64,000 nt of DNA from Geosiphon pyriformis uo1 (taxonomy: Eukaryota > Fungi > Glomeromycota), in NCBI GenBank assembly GCA_016748015.1, contig JAAOMT010000512.1:1088719-1152718 (forward strand). Reading direction: 5' to 3'. Positions within the stretch are counted from its first letter, which is position 1. Each line of letters starts with the position of its first letter. Both the position numbers and the translations under genes were made by a program. Under the pieces are notes generated by a model. It ran no database searches, had not been told where the DNA came from, and saw only the letters and a program-made list of their open reading frames with translations. Below, piece by piece: positions 47,878-60,363 of the stretch.

Positions 47878-50800
47878 TCAAGGCACTTGAAGTTTTATAT
47901 GGAAAATTTCTATTCCGATCCCTACGATCCCTATTTGGATATTCGAGTCACTTTGTTCGCTGAAGTGAGTAATGAATGGTTCAAAAATAAAATGAATCAT
48001 CGATAAAAATACCAATGCAAACAATTTAGGATATTTACCTTATTAACTTCGCTCCCAGAGCAGACGGATCGGCGACGTCGAGAAATTGTGAGTCAATGAG
48101 TAATATTTCGAATGATGACTCGGACTTTTGAACAACTTTCCATAAATTTACCCGTTGATCCAATGACATGGTAAGAAAAGTCGTTTTGTCTATTATTTTT
48201 ATTCCTTCAGATTCGATGATAAAAAGTATTTCGTTTGAAATTTTCCAAAATGATTAATCGCAGTAAAACCTGAGCATACCCTGAATTGAGGATCCATGCG
48301 CTTGTGATGCACCTCCTGTTATTAACGTCAAATCTTTAATGTAGCAATCACTCTTTATAACAGTCTTTAAGGAAATTTCGGAGTTTTCCCATGTGTCGGT
48401 AGTAATTCGGAGTATTGCAACTCCGATGGCATTATCGTCACCTCCGGTTACAAGCATGAAATTCTCCATATCGGTGGGAATCTGATGCACATCTAAGCAA
48501 TTGACCCCAGATTGGTGAGCTTTGTAAACGTGTAAAGGCTGACGCAGAGTAGGCTGAAGTTGCTCCCGTCGTGATGAAATTTCTTCATCTCTTGTTGTAG
48601 TTTGCATTTCCTTCAAAAAGCTGAATTGTAGAATTAATGAGCGAATAATAGTAGCTGTCGAAGATCCAAGAGTAGGTGATGGTTTATTTACCCATATACT
48701 GTTTTTGATACATCCCAAATAGCAATTCTAAAAAATTGGAAAGATTTGAGCTTTATGCGATATATCAACTAGGAGACAAATTATAAACATACCTTCCATC
48801 AGTGGCACAAGTCAAAAGAATAATCTGATTTTTGCCTTCCTCCTGCCCTGTCTCACAAAATGTAGCTCAGCTGACAACATTATAGAAAAAAGACGAGCTC
48901 GCATACCTGGTATCAACAAATGCTTAACGTGCAATATACATTTTTGATGAAACGAAGATTGTCCAACCAGTAAAAAATGGCGTTGACCCTCATCAAATAT
49001 CCAGACCTATGATAAAAATTAGCTTCAATATCTATCATCAAATAAAAGAATTTAAGAAACAAAGTTAATGAACGTACCCTTAAAATTGCGTCTGAATATA
49101 CAGCTGCTATTAAATGTAAGCCATTGGCTGGATCAATTGGGAAAACAGAGGTATCCATTATGCGTGTTTCTGGTATTTCACTGTTGAGAGAAATATAGTC
49201 AGAATTGAAGATCGAGTTTTAAATTATGTTCCTTATTTACCTGATAGTCGGGCAACATGTCCATTCTAGGCAATTAACATTCATCAGAGGCGATATTTGA
49301 GAAGCTTTTAATGATAAAAAATCATAAAATAAATTTTTGATAGTGTGAATCCAAATAGGAAGTGCAATGTATTTTGAGGATAGCCAATTTACCCAAAGAA
49401 TCTATATCCAGGTGTGTTCCTCGAGCTATTGTCATCTCGACTTTCCAACATCGCAATTCTTCGCAAGCTCCACTTGAGAAAAGTAACAATTCCTTACCTG
49501 CCAAGTTTATAGTTAGTATATCTAGTAAGAAAATCATATGAAATTGGATCTCAAGTACCTAGACTCCATTGAATGGTACGAATTACTGAGGTATGCTTCT
49601 TGATATTACAGAGGTTGCGTAAACAATTTTCTTTTTGACCAGGCACATCTAGAAGACACGATAGGTTTTATAGAAATTATTTTATCCTGAATGTAAACTT
49701 CACAATAGATATTTACACTGAAACAAACGCAATGTACTATCTTCCGCTCCTGTAGCAAAGATTATGGGATCGATTGTGCAATTTGTTTGAGATCCGTTCC
49801 ATGAATAAGCTGAGAATTGTGCAACAGTCATAAGTAAATTTTGAGCTGAATAACACGTTTTCATGAACCTCAGTAGAGAAGTCAATAGAAACTTACACAA
49901 ATATTCTATGGAACGCGCTTCACGCCCATGAAAGTTTTCTTGCAATTTGCACTTATCAAACCCTTCACTGAGAGCTGAAGCGCGTCGGGCATACAGATAA
50001 ACCTAGAGGAATCACATAGTCAAAGTTTTTTTAACTGTGGCGGATAAAAAAATTCAGCGAGGCACGCACATTTTCCTTGCGAATGAATGCAAAAGTCGCT
50101 TTATCCAACCGCTTATTGGCTGCTTTGAAATGCCATACACGATGCGCTCCTCCACATGCGACTGAGAACATCTATTTGAAATATTTATTTTTTACTACCA
50201 TTGGGAATGAATTGCATGTTACAGGGAATATCAAAAGAAGCCTCACTTGAAACTTTCTTTCTTCATTATAAATAAAAAATCGCTTGCGATAGAATCCAAG
50301 TAATAAGAGCTCATTATCTACAAACAGTATCTTTAAGGAAATCATTGAATCCCATTTATGAACAACCAGAACATAAAAAATGATCCCGATAATTAAACTC
50401 ACTTTTTCTAACCATCCTTTGGTAATTTTAGCTCTATAAACTTCCTCTAAAACCAATTGATTTGAAATGCCGTTTGTTGTATATGATAACGACGTAGAAA
50501 AGAGTGTTTTCGAGTTGAAATCTTCTTGAGCAATGTCTTGAAGATTATTACGGTCAGTATTCTCCATTTCGGGGATTTCGAGTAATTGGATTGGCTTTGG
50601 ATGCTCTAATAATGATCGTAATTCCCTCAACCGATACTTGATATATTCCCCATCACGACCGGATGTATAAATCAACAATATATTTTCGTTGTCACTGGTT
50701 TGTTGAATTTTCCAGGTAATACATGTCACCGCTTGTTTCCCATGACTTTTGCTTATGTAGAGAATAGGGGCAAAATTAGGTGCTGATTCATTGGAACTAG

Positions 50801-53624
50801 AGCTTATAAAGGGCCAGAGGTGGTAAATGGCTAGACCACTTTCTCGCGATCCACACATTAATAAATTATATTGAGGGCAAACAGCCAAAGATAAAAGGAG
50901 AAAATCTGGTGGCAAGCTGAGCTTGTAGAGTGGTTTTAAGGTTGGCTTATAAAAATAAAAATAAGATTAGCCTCAAGGATCAACTCTAATAGAATAAAAT
51001 AAGCTGAAGCGATGGTTAGGCTTACTTGGGTGGCGAATTTTAAATCTAATTGAAGTATATGAATATCATTATGAACAGCATGAGATATAACGTAGTGGAG
51101 GTCCTTATCTGCTAAATTGAAAATTTATCAGTGGAATTCGGTAAATTTTCTTAGAAATTAAAGAAATGGTTACCCTCTGATGCTTCTATGAATATTTCAA
51201 AAATCTTTAAATCATGAATCTTTTGTTTGATTGGCTAAAGAAAATTAGGGAAATTAGGAAAATATCTTTATTAAATAAAATTTTCTTTAATAAAATTACC
51301 TCAAATTCGTTCCAGGGGCTCACTATAAACACATGACCTTTGATGCTGCCGCAAGATATAATTCTCCCACATCTTGATGCTGTCATCATATTATAACTCA
51401 TTAAATCAATGTCTCTATAAAGAATGAGCCATTGCTTGTTTTCATAATGATATCGCATTAGATACCTGAAAATACAAATAATTAATGCGCATATTGTTAA
51501 TTAAAATAAAAATTAGAAATTTAAAAAAAAGTTTCTACCCGTAATTAGTCGCTACCACAATGGTCAAATAGTCGACAAGCACAAAATTACGAATATGTTC
51601 TTTGAAAGTTGGTTGAAATTGATTATTTTCCTAAATTCAAAATGATTTTAGATTGATCAAAGAATATCGTAGAAAATTGCGGATAATATATACTTTTAAA
51701 TTAATATAATCTTCAAGTGGGGGCAGTGAAACTCTAATCAGATCTTCATCAGAATCTATAGAATTAATGGGTCAAAATGAATGATAAAAACCATTTTGAT
51801 CAAAGACATTAACAAGTCTAAGACTCTCTACCAATTTTGTTTTTGCTTATGGAAAGCAAGGACCATAGTCTAATACCGGAATCTTGTCCACCAGTTGCCT
51901 ATTAATTAAGATAGAAATTAAAATTTCCAAATGATTTTCTTAATTTGCGAAAATGAATTAATAAACAAACACTCTTACGATAATCTTTTTTGAAGGGTTT
52001 ACTGCCACGCTCCACACATTCTTTCCAACATGACCTTCCCAACAAGCCAGGCAATCATTGTTCAGATTTTCAGTATTTTCATCAATAGTATTCTGCCAAA
52101 CGCGGCATGTAGAGTCCTATAGAAATTTTTTTTTACAAGTTGTGAATTAGATATTGCTGATTTTTCAAAGAATCTTACCTCAGAAATACTGATTAGATAG
52201 TTTTCCACAAAGAGGCAGTCCCAAACACGGGCCATATGTCCAAACAACACAAGTGGTTCCTTTTTTCTATTTTTATAGCCAAATTTAAATGAATCAACCA
52301 AATATTTTGGGCAAATAACCTAATGAAAATTGAAATTACCTCATTCAGACGAAAAAACTTACTTCTCATCCACTGCTGTCTTCCAAACTCGAATAGTGCG
52401 ATCATCTGATACGGAGGCTATAGATGATCCATTCTGATTAAATCTGATGCCAAATATAACACCCTGCAAAGGAATTATGCTAAATTCGAAAGTAAAGAGC
52501 AATTTCAATAATTTTTATTAAGACATCCTTACTTCATGCCCAACAAGTTTCTTAACTACTATCCCATCACCGTTTTGATCCTTCTTTGTGACGTTCCATA
52601 TATGAACTTGATTAAAAACTGTTCCGGAAGCCAATAAAAGTTCTTTCCTGGTGTCCCCGAAAAACCGAGCCGAATATAACACACAACGCTCTTGACATTG
52701 GATATAATACACGCAAACCATGTTCAAAGGATCCCATATTTCAACAAAATTATGAGCAAACGCTACGGCAATTTCTATTTTTTCTTTTCCGAATGATGTT
52801 ATGTTGGGAGATGCAACCTGCAAAGAAATACTGGTTAACCATAACAAATTGAAAAAGTAGGCGTCAGCGTTTTTATAATACCAAGATATCTTCTACATCC
52901 TGATTTGGTTCATACAGCCATTGCACGTCCAAAATCCAATCTCTAAGTGGAGACAATCGGGTACGAAGTGTGAAAGTACACAATGGTAACCTAAGAATTT
53001 AAATTTGTAGAAATTTGTTTATTGATCCATCTTAAAGAATGAAGAATTGCTTATAAATACCCTGTGCCTTTTCCTACTGGATTCATAATAATAAATTCCA
53101 CGATTTGAATTGTTTTAGCACCATAAATGGCTAATATTTGGTGCTCATGCTCAGTTAACGCACTTTGACATTGAGACTTATTTCCGCAGTTTTTTTCATT
53201 ATAGTAATTTTTTCCTTTTAAAATTGAAATTTTTATCAATAAGAAACTCGATTTGAAATCTCTCGAGGTTCAAATAAAAATTAATTACCACCTGGGACAA
53301 TCCTATAAATTCGATTGTTTTCTAAAACGATGCAAGAAGCCAAGAGTTTACTGGTGGGCAAATAGAAAGCTTTCAGGTAAGGACCAGTTCCCGCTAATAG
53401 AATCGCATCGTTATGAAAATATAAACTGGTAACAGGTCCCGCGTAGAATAATTTTTCTAACTTCAGAGAAAAGTCGTAGTTTAATGAAATTTCTGTTTAG
53501 CTTTGCCGATTAATTAAAGTGAATTGATTTTTTCAAAGGAAACAATGCAAACAATTTTAATAAAAGGAAATTTAAGTTAGAGAATATTATAATATACCTG
53601 ATAATTCCGCAATGACTCGTTCAT
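47878..53624 (-). CDS. WDR6: WD-repeat protein 6 / Trm734 (Rtt10), tRNA 2'-O-methyltransferase regulatory subunit; many exons
   Basis: Spliced motifs typical of the family: YAGPVTSLYF..LLAGTGP, LASGTVFNQVHIW, LVGHEGVIF, SVSDDRTIR, LFGHMARVWDC, WEGHVGKNVWS, TGGQDSGIRLW, ACGGAHRVWHF, FHGREAR, ATGAEDSTLR, AHQSGVNCL, VTGGDDNAI, DQRVNLWK, GIVGIGIEIF. Termini are inferred from splice signals. Confidence 0.88.
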
Positions 53625-54439
53625 GACAATAAAGTTTTATTTAAAATTTTGAGATACATGAACATCTGAAAAAAAGCAAACAGATTTTAGCGCTTATTTC
53701 ATCTCTGGTGTCACTGATCCTTCCCAAATTTGGGAAACACTAAAAGCAAAGGTAGTAGATTAGAATGCAATCCAGATCGAGTCAATCCGAATCGTATTAT
53801 AATCTCTTGTTAAATATTAAATAATCCACTCGAAATTTCTAAAATAGTTATAACCACTCACTTCGAACGTTCGAGTATGGTAAAATAGCTGAAAATATGT
53901 CAAAAATGCTTTTTGGGTTGCCGTTTTATGAAGCATTATGAATCAAACATGCGAAAAAATGTAAAAACAAGCCGGTTAATGGGACGTAAAACTAAAATTA
54001 TGCAGGTTCCAAGTCAATAAATTGAAGCAAGCAAAGCGTATACACCACTAGCTATTGTTAAAATTTATAATAAAAATTACAGGTATAAAGTTTTCAGGCT
54101 CACCCAAAAGAGTCGGAAAAGGAGGCTCATTATTTTTCAGAGCGAGGGTTCGGTAGTTGTCAATGAAATGGTTGATTCATAGCTGTGCTTGAAAAATCAG
54201 AATAATAACTACTAGGATTATGGAACTCACGTTTATATTGGGTTTTGGTTTATTTAACCAAAAATCTAAACAAAAGAAAAGAAAATAGACAGACAACTAA
54301 ATTTGACAAATCACAAAAATTAAAAATCAATAAATTTAAATGTATTAATAATTATAAAACCAATTAAAAAATATATTTTAATAAAACTATTTAATTAGGA
54401 AATTATTCATCTTAAAACTTGAGGAATTTTTTTTGTTTA

Positions 54440-55504
54440 TCTACGTAGCTCACGCTTTGTCCGCACGTGACCAGCCACCCGAGCCAGTCAACAGTTCGTT
54501 GACTAACTTATCATAAGACACGTGTTCCTGACCATTAACTGAATATTTGAAAAAAAAAAATTACCGTTGACTAGGTCCGAATAACACAGATGACCCAACC
54601 TAAGTGCAATTCTATTCCCCAATGGACTTGTCATTATCGACATAAACTTCCACATCCGAATCCTCCTTTTGAATCATGCCGTTTTTATCATTATCCTCTC
54701 TCAACTTTGCAGTTGGTATCCATATTAAGGAATTTTTTACTCTTTTACCTATTCAATATATATAAATATATTAACCAACAATTACATAATCTTTTGTTAC
54801 TAATAAAATATTCAATTTTTTATAGGATTAACAACTCTAATAATTTCTTTATGTGATAAATCAATCATAAATTATGTTTAAGTAGATAAAGGAGTTATAA
54901 TTGAAAGCTGATTAATAATAGGTTGAATATTTTTTAAAATATTTATTATCTGATAATGAAATATTTTATCAATATAAAAAGAATATTTGTAAAGTGAATT
55001 GAATTTAATATAATTTTAAACTTTTATAATAAAAGCATTTTAAATGTATAATATAAAAAAATTATAGATCTTTTATTTGCAAAAGTTTTATTGATTTAAT
55101 TTACAATAAAATTTTTTTTTATTTAATGCTTTAAAGTATGTAATATAATACAAAATTTGATTTATACATTTTTTAAAATAAATCAAAATGTATTAAATTA
55201 AATGTTTTTACAAATGTTTAAGTAAATGTGTTATAAAATAGAAACTTTATTAAAGTAAATTGGCAAAATTTTGATTTAAAAACAAAAGTAATTATATTAA
55301 TTAAATTAAAAGTTTTTTTTAATAAAAAATAATACAAAAAAAGTAAAATAAGTGATTAATCTAGAAACAACAAACAATCTATAAAAAAAAATATTTACAA
55401 ACATGTAATAAAGATTTTTTTTTAAAACTATCGTTATTATTATTATTTAAATTATAATAAATCGGCTGGTTACGTATTAAAACCGCATAATCCACGTCTA
55501 CTAG
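54440..55504 (+). mobile_element. Putative non-autonomous Helitron-like element (about 1.07 kb)
   Basis: Begins A|TCTAC (54439/54440) and ends CTAG|T (55504/55505). Imperfect hairpin acgtatta..taatccacgt just before the 3' end. Subterminal inverted match acgtgaccagcc (54465-54476) vs ggctggttacgt (55464-55475), 11/12. Confidence 0.55.
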
Positions 55505-57457
55505 TTGCCTTTGTTATACCTAGAATAGATAATAGCAATTTAATAATAATTAATTGTAAAGAATTTCAAAAGATTGTAATTGTAATAATTGTTAATGATT
55601 GGAAAACTTTTACCAAATATTTTTAAGTTGTAAATTTTTAAGTATAATTCTATTTTTGAATATAATAATAAGGTAATTTAAAAAATAAAAATAATTAACT
55701 ATATGATAATAATAATCAATTGAAAAATAAGAATTATTAATTAAAAAAATAATTAATTTTAACAAAAATTTTTCAAAATAACACATATTTATAAAAACAA
55801 AAAATTTTAATATATAAAAAATTTAAAATTACATTTAGATTTTTGCAAATCAAAATAATATTAATAAAGATTATTAAATAAATTGAATAATTAATAAGAA
55901 AGTATTCAATTACCAAATTATAATTTAAAATTAAATAATAAAAATTTCAATTTTGGTTTTAATAGTATTTTAATAAATAATAATAAATAAATAAATATCA
56001 AAAATAATTATTATTCCAATTTGTAAAAATTATAAAAATTTATAAAACAGTTAAAAATTACCAAATTAATTAATTATTATTAAAAAAATTTGAATAATAA
56101 ACTAATAAATAGCAAAATACGAACCTTATTTAAATTTTAATAACAAATATTATTTATTGCAAATAAATTTAAAAAAAAGTTTTTTACTTTTTAAATTTAT
56201 TTGAATAAATACAAATACAAATACAAATACAAAATCTAAAAATGAATTTAATACTTTTTTCCAGTTTCTTTAACATCGGCCACATTCGTTATTGCAAAAA
56301 AATTTTAAAATCAAAAAATATTACAATATTTACATCAAAATTAAATGACAAATATTTTAAAAGCAAAAAATTTAATAAAATTTATAATACTTTTTTATTA
56401 TATTGAAAAAATAAAAAATAAAATTTTAATAAAATTAATATTTTTTTTGAATTAGTTTTAAAAAAATAAAATTTTTTATTGTTATTTGTTGAAAAAAAAA
56501 TTTATAACAAAAAATTTAATACTTTTTCAAGGTCGTTTAATTCTTCTTCTAAAATAAATTTTTGATTAAAATTAGCAAAATATTTGTATATATATATTTT
56601 GTCAAATTTTTTTTCAAATCAATATATAATATTTATAATAAAAACATGTATAATAAGCAAGTTATTTAATTAAATATTTTTTCAAAAGTAATTTTTACAA
56701 ATAGTTGTGACAATAATAAACAGTTATAAAAACTTACCAATATTTTTTAAAACCCTACTTTAAATTATAATCTAAAAAATTTTATAATCATAAAATTCTA
56801 CAATTTTAAATCTTATTTTTACTAAATAACATATAGTTAATTTAAAAATATGTTATAAATGTGCAACGTTCTTAATAAATTAAATTAATGAAAAAAGTTG
56901 AACATTAATTATATAAAAATAATAAAGAACAGTTTAATTAAATTATTAAAAATAAAAGGCTTTGTTAAAAAAAAATTAATATAGTTTAAATTAAAACAAT
57001 ATAAATAAGAATTTCGCTAATATATAAAAAATTGTATATAACTAATTTTATTGAATTACGCAATTTAATTATTAAATCAAGACTGATTTCTTTTAATCAA
57101 GTAATTTACACATTTAAATTTTTTTGTTTTATTTTTCTTTATTTATTTTTTAGTTTATTACTTCGATTTATAACAAAAAATAATGACATCAATATCAATA
57201 TCAAAATCAAAATTTTTTATAATAAAAATCTCTTCAAAAAAAAAACCAAAATGTAATATTATTTTCGTTTATTTTTATATATTGGTTATTTTGTTTTTAC
57301 TTATATTTTATTTATTTAATGTATTCTAACCCCATAAAATTTAATTATAAACTTATTCAATATTTTTAATGTAATAATTACTACGATACAAATTAAATTT
57401 CCAAATTTATTAATATTATAAAATTAATTAAATACTGATTATTCATTGTTCTGATTA

Positions 57458-58220
57458 GGGGACGAACATATATCACGTCATTATTGATTACTATAGGACC
57501 ATCCCTCCCCCCCCTCCCCTGGTGAGATATGCAATCAGACATTCCATAATAATGTTATCTCACATCATAATAATATGCTATTCATGATGCACAATTATAA
57601 ATACATGCACTATAAATATATATCAAACTTGTATAATAAATATGATCAAACTTATGATCGAAATTATTATAAAAATATACTAGCCTAAACATCTCAACTT
57701 ATCGCATTGTCCTATTTATATAAAAATGACCAAGAATTTGTGTCTAATCTAACGTGTCTTTTATCTCCTGATCTAGCGCGTCTTTTATTTCCTGATCTAG
57801 TGCATCTTTTATTCGCGTCTTTTATTTCCTGATCTATCGCGTCTTTGATATTGTATTTTTGATTTCATTTATTGCTAAACTCTCCTAATATGCAAGCTTT
57901 CCTAACTACATCGCAATACAAAAAGTTTTATATTTATAAAACTCCCACAAATCAACACCAGAGATTTTGCAATGCATTTGGATATAGTCGTATGGTAAAC
58001 ACAGAAGGAAATCCAGCATACCATAAATTAGACTGCATTTCTATATTCTAATTGGCTAATAAATCATGTACCATTTAAAGTTGTAAGATTTTGACATTTC
58101 TATATTCTAATTGGCTAATAAAAATCCAAAATCACATGCCATATAAAATCATGTGAGACATGAGATTTTGAATTCCCCCCCTCCCCCCCTTTCATAATGA
58201 CGTGATATATGTTCATCCCC
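57458..58220. mobile_element. PIF/Harbinger (Tourist-like) MITE, 763 bp, 27-bp TIRs, TTA target-site duplication
   Basis: Left TIR ggggacgaacatatatcacgtcattat (57458-57484) and right TIR ataatgacgtgatatatgttcatcccc (58194-58220) match at 26/27. TTA lies on both sides (57455-57457, 58221-58223). No ORF. Internal 24-bp tandem repeats at about 57752-57846. Confidence 0.88.
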
Positions 58221-58476
58221 TTATTAATCCAAGCAAATATTGCTATAATAGCCAAATCAAAACATGACTAGAAAAATACATCTAGGCTTTAATCAAGACT
58301 TGACTATATTCCCAATTTGTTTAATCATGGTTTTCTTTTTATAAAAAATTTCAATTACAATTAACATATGAACATTGTTATTATAATTTGTATAATTTGA
58401 TGAAATAATTTACAACACCTGTTTGATATAATTTTATAATAAAAAATCTATATAACTAATTTTAAAGCGCTTTTAA

Positions 58477-58715
58477 GATACACATTTGGGAGTAAACAGC
58501 AAACACAGCAAGATTTGTTTATTACATTTATTGTGAAATCCTGAATAATAATCTTTATGACAATAAAATAATAACCAAACACACCTTCATTAATGTGTGT
58601 GATGACTTCTAAAAAAAATTCCATGTCATGTTCTGCCATGGTCATCATATAGTCAGGGCCTCAATCCTATTGAGAGTATTTGGGCTGTTTTGAAACAAAA
58701 AATCAAAAAAATTTT
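58477..58715 (+). mobile_element. Tc1/mariner transposase C-terminal remnant
   Basis: YCEILNNNLYDN...TKHT...VLPWSSYSQGLNPIESIWAVLKQKIKK (a WPxxSPDLNPIExxW variant), with stops. Confidence 0.75.
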
Positions 58716-60363
58716 CGCAGCCTGCTCATATTCAAGCCATGACACTATACTTAATATTAATTCGGTATTAAGGTATCTTGTTCAAAAAAATTGTATAATC
58801 CGAAAAAAATTGTTTACCATTACCTTCCACCCTCATCAGCATTTATCTTCACTATCGGAACGTGATGTTTCTGTTGTTCTTATATATATATTCAATGATA
58901 GCTGTGACAATATTTGGCCTGATCTGTTGTGGCTAAAATGGCTTTTTATTAATAAAATTTATTATTACATAAACCCATACGCTAATATCAACAACTTTGT
59001 GATGCGCGTACCATTCTGAAATTAATTTGCAGAATTCACGATTAGGCATTATGAACCAATTTGTCATTAACCTTGAAAAAATGATCTCAGTCCACAGCAG
59101 AGAATCTCAAAATAAAAAGTGTATTTGATCGTCTTTATTCACTTCTTAAAATTCTTTGGCATTGTTCCAGTTGAATTGTTCGGTGTTAATAGCAAGAAAT
59201 GCGTGCAGCTCAAAATAGATTAAAAATACCCTTGTTCTATCTTGACTGCCGCATACAAGTTAAATAAACGCTACACAAAACTTTTTCCATTCTTTTTGGC
59301 TCTTTGTATTTCCTATTTATTTATTTTAATGAATGAGATCAGATTTTGATTATGAAACGTCAAACAGACGTTATGTTTTTAGTTTAAGAGCACATTATAA
59401 AGACATTTTATTAAGATTTGAAGTAATTTTTAATTCTTCTTGAGAAAGCAACAAAGAAAGTTTATAGGTGTTGAAAGGTGCAAAATATATCTGTTCTGGT
59501 GATATGTAAAAGTTTTTTTTAGAAGCAAGGATTTATAATAAGTCTAATTAATGAGATAATATTTGTACTGGGCATCTTGATCCCTCGGATCAGCAGCATT
59601 TTCCAAGTCTAGACTTCATGAAATTCTTTTTTATCGTATTAATCAATTGCTTCATTCAAATTTTATGGTCCTAGTTTTTATTCCCACCGTCGAATAGGCA
59701 TTCAAAGGAATCATGCATATATATAGTTTTGGGCATTTTAACCCTGTTTTCAACTTCCCGTTGTTGGGGTTTCTCTGATACGTCATGGTTTTTGATATTA
59801 ATAGGCTATTTCTCAAAGAACAATTGCAAAAGTAAATTAAAAATAAAAGTTGAAACAGGAAAGTTGGATATAAACATGAAATCCAAATACATGCATATCC
59901 CAAATGATTAGATTTTTATAATGTTTGTAAAAATCTTATCAAATGCTTAAACTAAATAATATTTAATAAAAAAAATTGGCCTATATTTCAAAAAAGTTAA
60001 TACATATCTTAAAAGCTCCCTTTTTGATAAAAGATTAATATTTAATTAATTATCATTCGTCGAAATAAAAAATTACAGCACTTAGTTTATTGAATTTTCT
60101 GCAAAATATGTCAATGGATTTTTTCATACGAGTTTTTCCAAATTGCTGAAAAATTAATATATGGGTTTTCATAATAATGATTGGTTATAGAAACATATTT
60201 TGAAAATTATCAAGCATCATAAACCCTTTCAAAAATATATATTGAATATCTAATAAAAATAATTTATGAAGCTACCAAAATCAAGACAGAGTTTTTTAAA
60301 TAAGTTAAATGCTTAATTTAATTGAGACAAAAATTTATCTTGTCATAAACGTTGCAAACTGAG

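Noticed and set aside
57032-57256. Short I/N/K/F-rich ORFs in AT-rich blocks (also 23545..23775, 30251..30445, 31382..31612)
   Set aside because: Expected by chance in DNA this AT-rich. No motifs or splice support.
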